The notes under the pieces: generated by a model | Told to the model about the DNA's origin: nothing | Seen by the model: only the letters and a program-made list of their open reading frames with translations | Databases searched by the model: none | Translations under genes and position numbers: made by a program | Assembly (NCBI GenBank): GCA_013265495.1 | Contig: MU060767.1 | Span: forward strand, 4,947,546 to 5,011,545 | Length of the DNA: 64,000 bases | Direction: 5' to 3' | DNA from: Vicugna vicugna | Lineage: Eukaryota | In this document: positions 59,225 through 64,000 of the stretch, piece after piece | How the letters are laid out: each line of letters opens with the position of its first letter | Numbering within the stretch: the first letter of the stretch is position 1

Positions 59225-61075
59225 ACCTGGGATCTAACCCTGTAGCTCCCCGGGGCTCATCTCTTTCTTCCTGGACCTTGCTCTCTAACCCCAAAACCAT
59301 CTACCCTGTGTTCTGTCACAGGGCCTTGCAAGGCTGCTTAAATACCCATTCATCCACTGCCCTGATATCTGTCTAGGTCTGTCTGGGTCCCCACATAGCA
59401 AGACCTTGAGGGCAGGAACCTGGTCTCATCTGTGTTTGCATCTTTAGTGCACACAGGGGGCTAGGCCCCATAAGCACTGACTGGGCCAAGGTGAGTACAC
59501 AAGCTGGCTGAGTTGTCTGGGAGCAGAACCATGCATCTTTCAATCTAGTCTCCTAGGGAAGTGCTGAGAGAAGAGGGGCAGCCAGAGAAGTTCCATCTAT
59601 GCTTGAGGCCCCATCTTGAATTCTCTCCTTCCTCCCAGCCCTTTTAATAAAAAATCTGGGGGCCAAAAGAATTTGTGGCAGCCAACTCTGCAATGGAAAA
59701 TTTATCAGTTAAGAGTTGATTGGCCCAGGCTTTTGGTGCAGGTGGCATGCCTCCTGGCCAGCTTGGCTATCTAGTCTGGAGTGCTGCCGCTGCTGCAAGG
59801 GACCTAGACCCAGTGGCACCATCCCTTCATCCACGGTTCATACAAGTGGTACGTCTCTGGGCCAAGGGTGCTGTGGTTTGGAATCAGAACCACCCTTCAG
59901 GCTGTTTGTGGTAGGCCCCTGGCCTTAGATGGCAACTCCTCTTGCCTCAGATATCAGGGTTAGTGCAGCAGCACTGGGGGTGCCTGTGGCCACTGCCCGC
60001 CCATTCCAGCAGCAGGGACATGTCAGCCATGTGCCTCTGCTTCTTTCTTTAGAAACTACCTCAAGGTGCAGGGTTATTCAGGCGTGAGGATGGCAAAAAT
60101 AAAACTAGAACTTAGGGATCCCAATTAATGGGTTCCCTTCGAAGGAATTGCCTTGTTGATGGTGTCACTGAAGAATCTGTGTGCAAATCACAGGCAGTTC
60201 TGAACAGAACCACCCAGCTCCGTATTCACAGAGCTTGACTTGATGACCTTTGTTTCTAAAAGCAAGAACAAAGATTTGCTGCTTCTGGGGACATTCAAAA
60301 TAAAGTGATGCCAGATTTTTAAAAATCACTTTTGTCATTTTTGACCAAAGCTGAGAAGGTTAGGATGACAATCCAGTGGCCCAGCTCTTATGACAGTGTG
60401 TTCCTTGGGACTACTGACTAAGAAAGCAACTTCAACCAACCCCATCACTTTGGGTATAAACCTCATAAAATCTCATAGAATGTCAGACGCAGTAACCGCC
60501 TCAGTTTGAAAAGATGAGGCCACCCCAGAGGGCTATTTTAAGGGTAATCATAATGTCTACCACTTAGAAAGCATTTGTGTCAAGGCTTTACCTACAGTGC
60601 TGTTGATCAATGCGTAGTCCTAAATAGGCATCCCTACCTGTTTTTCAGATGAAACTCAGGCCACTCAGCGAGCAAGTACAGAACTAGGACTTGAACCTAG
60701 ATCTGATTTCTCCAAAGCTGGGACTCTTTTCACTTTCCACTGCTTTTTACTGAAGACAAAGCAAATGACCAAAGGATTCCAGGGGAGTCCCTGGGAAAAA
60801 ACTAGGGTCACTCCATTTAGCTTTGAGATTAGGCTACAGATACGCCAGGTTTGGTTTACAAGAGGCTCTGAGTCTCGGGTGGGATGAAGGGCAGAGTGGC
60901 TGAATGCGAATGTCTGGCAGTGAGGGTAATAGCCAGTGGGCAGGGGGATCTGGGGATGGTGGGTATGGGTGCTTGGTGGCTGTGCAGACTGAAGGCAGGG
61001 CAAAATGGGTCAGAAGGCTTTGGGTGGATCAGGATTCCATACCATTTACTGTGCCCACATTTCCTTTTATTTCAG

Positions 61076-61122
61076 ATGTTTTCAAGTCAGCAGACATTTA
61101 CTGAGCACCTACTATGTACAAG
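61076..61122 (+). CDS. ZDHHC1: ZDHHC1 exon 2 (47 nt; 38 nt UTR + ATG TAC AAG at 61114-61122)
   Basis: ttccttttatttcag|ATG...ATGTACAAG|gtatgt; supplies MYK, which precedes MNICN in recalled human ZDHHC1; phase 0 join. Confidence 0.85.
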
Positions 61123-61400
61123 GTATGTTCTGGGTACTTGGGGGAGGGAATATGGGGAACAGAGGTGAATGAATTACAGTACCTTTGCTGCCCTTAGGGG
61201 AAGCTGGCACAATAGGAGGAAAGACATGGAGATGGCAAAGTGTTCCAAATGGCAAAGTGACTTGCTCAATAAAGACTGAGCACAAAGGCCCCCTGACCTA
61301 CTTGGGGCATCAGGGAAGGCTTCCTGGATGAGGTGATGCTTGCTTGGATTCTGAAGTTCAAGTTACATTTTGTTGAGTTGAGAAGTGAGGAAGGTGTTCC
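61085..61400 (-). mobile_element. L2 3' fragment overlapping ZDHHC1 exon 2
   Basis: cagacatttactgagcacctactatgtacaaggtatgttctgggtacttgggga and catcagggaaggcttcctggatgaggtgatg match the antisense L2 terminus. Confidence 0.8.
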
Positions 61401-62483
61401 AGGAAGATGTGCTGAGGGGAGTCTGCCATACCTCTTGTCTTAGACTCCCTAGCCCATAGGCATGGGCTCCTGAAAGGAGAGTCCAGCTGCCAGGGCTTTG
61501 CCCCTGCTCCTGACTTTCCCATCAAGAGCTTCAAGTTGGCCTCTCTACCCAGGTAGGGCACGCCTGCCCAAGCTCTGGTCCCACCTCAGGCCCGGAAGAT
61601 ACCAAGGATTGGGCTCTTTTTCCTGTTCTGATAGGCCCACCCTGCCTGCCCTGCATGTAACTTTGACCACCAGGTCAGCTCTTGGGCTGAGGATGGTGAG
61701 ATGGGGGTGGAGTAGTGCTGCCATCTGGTGTTTTGGCTCTGGCCAAGGCAGGTCTTTCCCTGAGCTCCCTCAGTTGAGTCCAAGGCATCAGTGCACCTTT
61801 CTGTTCTTACTGCACCAGGCTCAGCTTTACTTAGAGAAACATGGTCATTTCTGCTGCTGGAATCACAGAGTCCTCCCCCTTCTCTTGTATGCTGGCTTCT
61901 CCCCAGCCAAGAGGCCCAGGCAGCTCATCTGAGGCACAGGGGAGATGGTTCAGGGTCCCCTAGTCCTTAAAGGGATTATGTGCTTGCTGAAGGGCAGAGG
62001 CCAGATCCCTCTTCTGAGCACCCCCCATTCCCTGTTTTCCTTGCATTGGGGCCTCAGGACAGAGGTGACTAATCCTAACAGAATCAGTGTGTGTTCTCAT
62101 CACTCTGGCCCCAGCCTGATATTATTACCAGATGAGAACATGTCTTACTGAGTTTAACTTTGATGGCTGTGGAGACAGAGCGCTTTGAGTAATAGGCAGT
62201 CACACTGTGTCCTGAATAAACCCTAGACCCTCCTACCTTGTCCTGGCTAGGGCTAGGGCCAGAGCTTACTCTGGGGCTTTGAGACCAGCACTCTGCTGCT
62301 ATCCATCCTCACTGCAGGCTTCCTCATGCTAGGGCCTTGGATTCCCCTGCAGAGTAGCTGGGAGATGGCTTCACATCCCAGTCTGCTCCCCCCTTGCTGA
62401 AACCTGGCTGTAGGCATGAGGCTCTGGGCTCCAGCCCAGGCCTCCTCAGGCTAATGCTCTCTCTACTCTTTCTCCCTCTGGAG

Positions 62484-62726
62484 ATGAACATCTGCAACAA
62501 GCCCTCCAACAAGACAGCTCCCGAGAAGAGTGTGTGGACAGGATCTGCGCAGGCCAGCAGACCCTCTCCAGAGCTGCAGGGCCAACGGTCCCGCCGGAAT
62601 GGGTGGAGCTGGCCCCCTCACCCGCTCCAGATTGTGGCCTGGCTGCTGTACCTCTTCTTTGCTGTGATTGGCTTTGGGGTCCTCGTTCCCCTCCTGCCTC
62701 ACCACTGGGTGCCTGCTGGCTATGCT
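62484..62726 (+). CDS. ZDHHC1: Palmitoyltransferase ZDHHC1 exon 3 (243 nt); the gene continues beyond the window
   Basis: ctctggag|ATG (uncommon GAG acceptor)...GCT|gtatcctt; MNICNKPSNKTAPEKSVWT...RSRRNGWSWPPHPLQIVAWLLYLFFAVIGFGVLVPLLPHHWVPAGYA. Confidence 0.96.
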
Positions 62727-64000
62727 GTATCCTTGGGAAAGTGTGGGACTGGTACATGGAAGAGTGGGGGCAAAGGATGGAGGGACATGGGAGAGATCTG
62801 AAGCTGGGCTCCAAAGACTCAAGAGTGCAGAGCCCTGTCTCTGCCCTGGGTGGGGGGTGGGGGGACCACCTGCCTACCTGCCTGGCCTCCAACTTCCATC
62901 TGATCCATCTGCCTGATGGGGTGAGGGAACAGACCTAACAAACCTTGGAGCATTGAAAGCCCCCACACAGATGGGAACCTCATCAACTTAGGTACCACAA
63001 GAGCAATTACAGAAGAGAACTTTAAAGTTCTCTTTAAACTAATAGTGTACATTGCTCAACAAGGGATAAAATAGAGTAATTGGTCCATTTATGAAATAGT
63101 TTTTCACTTTTTGAAAATAATCATGGTAGAATTCCTTTACATAGTAAGTTTGCTGGTACATTTAAAATGTGATTTTATTTAGAGAGGTTATTATGCTGTA
63201 CCCAAGACTGTTTAGGAGCTCATTGGTTTTATAAATCAGACCCTTTAAGGGTAAGGTTGAATTGACAAGAGGAGGGATAAAGATGCCCTGAAGGTTCCTG
63301 GGAACAGTGACAAATATGAACATGCCTGAGCCCACTGGTATGACTGCCCCAGCCCTGGCCATAACCCCCAGGAACAGAGGACATGGCTGCAAGGCTGGGA
63401 GATTGGGGTATAGCATGTGGCCATGTGCCCCTGTCCAGAGGGTGCCCATGAGAATGTACCCTGGCATGTATGCTTCATGGAGATGATTCCTTGGACTAGG
63501 GTGAGCTAAGGGAATTAGCATGGATGAATTTGAAAGACTCAGGCATAGAGCCAGCTCCTGAGCTTGGTCCCAACTCAGCCTTTTCAGGGCTGCACAAGGC
63601 TGAGCAGCTTCTCCCAGCTTACCACACGTCAGCCCCCTCCTCTGTCTGACAGGAAGAGTCCTACCTGCTTCCCAAGGTGGGGACAAGGAGCACACAAGGA
63701 AGTGTGTGTGAGCACCAGAATATATGAGCCATGAATGTGAGCATGCTCTCTTGGGAAACTGTAAAGCCCTGAGCTGGTGGGTGACAAAGGTAGGTGGGTA
63801 GAGAAAGACTCTAGAGAAGGTTGTCGGCCTCAGACACCAGCAATGTCATTGGGGGATGTCCTGTTTCACTAGGGCCCAGGGCCTAGTCATCAACTCTGTA
63901 AATTAAAACTAGAGTTTCTTTGAGGTGACCAACAGGGCTTAGTCAGTGCTATTAAGTAGAATGCTTCATGGAACATTCCTTCCATGGTCCTGAATGGGGA

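Noticed and set aside
62727-62801. In-frame continuation of ZDHHC1 exon 3 in the ORF track (VSLGKCGTGTW...)
   Set aside because: Homology stops at AGYA, exactly at the GTATCCTT donor, so the extension is intronic.
1-64000. CRISPR arrays or prokaryotic-type systems
   Set aside because: Spliced mammalian locus with no regularly spaced repeat-spacer structure.

Overview
Mammalian genomic DNA, most likely a camelid (camel/llama/alpaca). This call rests on a tRNA-derived SINE at 2328-2450 that resembles the camelid vic-1 family as I recall it, and on a cattle-like 404-aa HSD11B2 with no ruminant BovB/Bov-tA or pig PRE-1 elements noticed. Three genes lie in the conserved ATP6V0D1-HSD11B2-ZDHHC1 block. 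ATP6V0D1 (+) has coding exons 2-8 at 20879-36342; exon 1 is upstream of the window, so 1-20878 is intron 1. HSD11B2 (-) is complete: 5 exons, 42904-37818, 404 aa, convergent with ATP6V0D1. ZDHHC1 (+) contributes its 5' part: CpG-island exon 1 near 54.2-54.5 kb, a 47-nt start-codon exon at 61076-61122 and a 243-nt exon at 62484-62726. The rest is intronic/intergenic DNA with MIR, L2, L1, MaLR and ERV remnants. Best leads: (1) Lys instead of an acidic residue at HSD11B2 position 115, the NAD+-selectivity site, plus RRRYY->HHRYY; (2) the ZDHHC1 start exon is an exonised L2 fragment that also opens an out-of-frame uORF over both start codons; (3) a U12-type GTATCCTT donor in ZDHHC1; (4) a tailless 5S rRNA retropseudogene with 15-bp TSDs; (5) a polyadenylated LTR-like retrocopy with TSDs; (6) back-to-back poly(A) signals at the convergent 3' ends; (7) a tandem duplication of a TG microsatellite unit upstream of HSD11B2; (8) GATA, MiT/TFE and octamer motif clusters. 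Ortholog sequences and repeat families were compared from memory, not by database search. Repeat boundaries are approximate unless TSDs are given.
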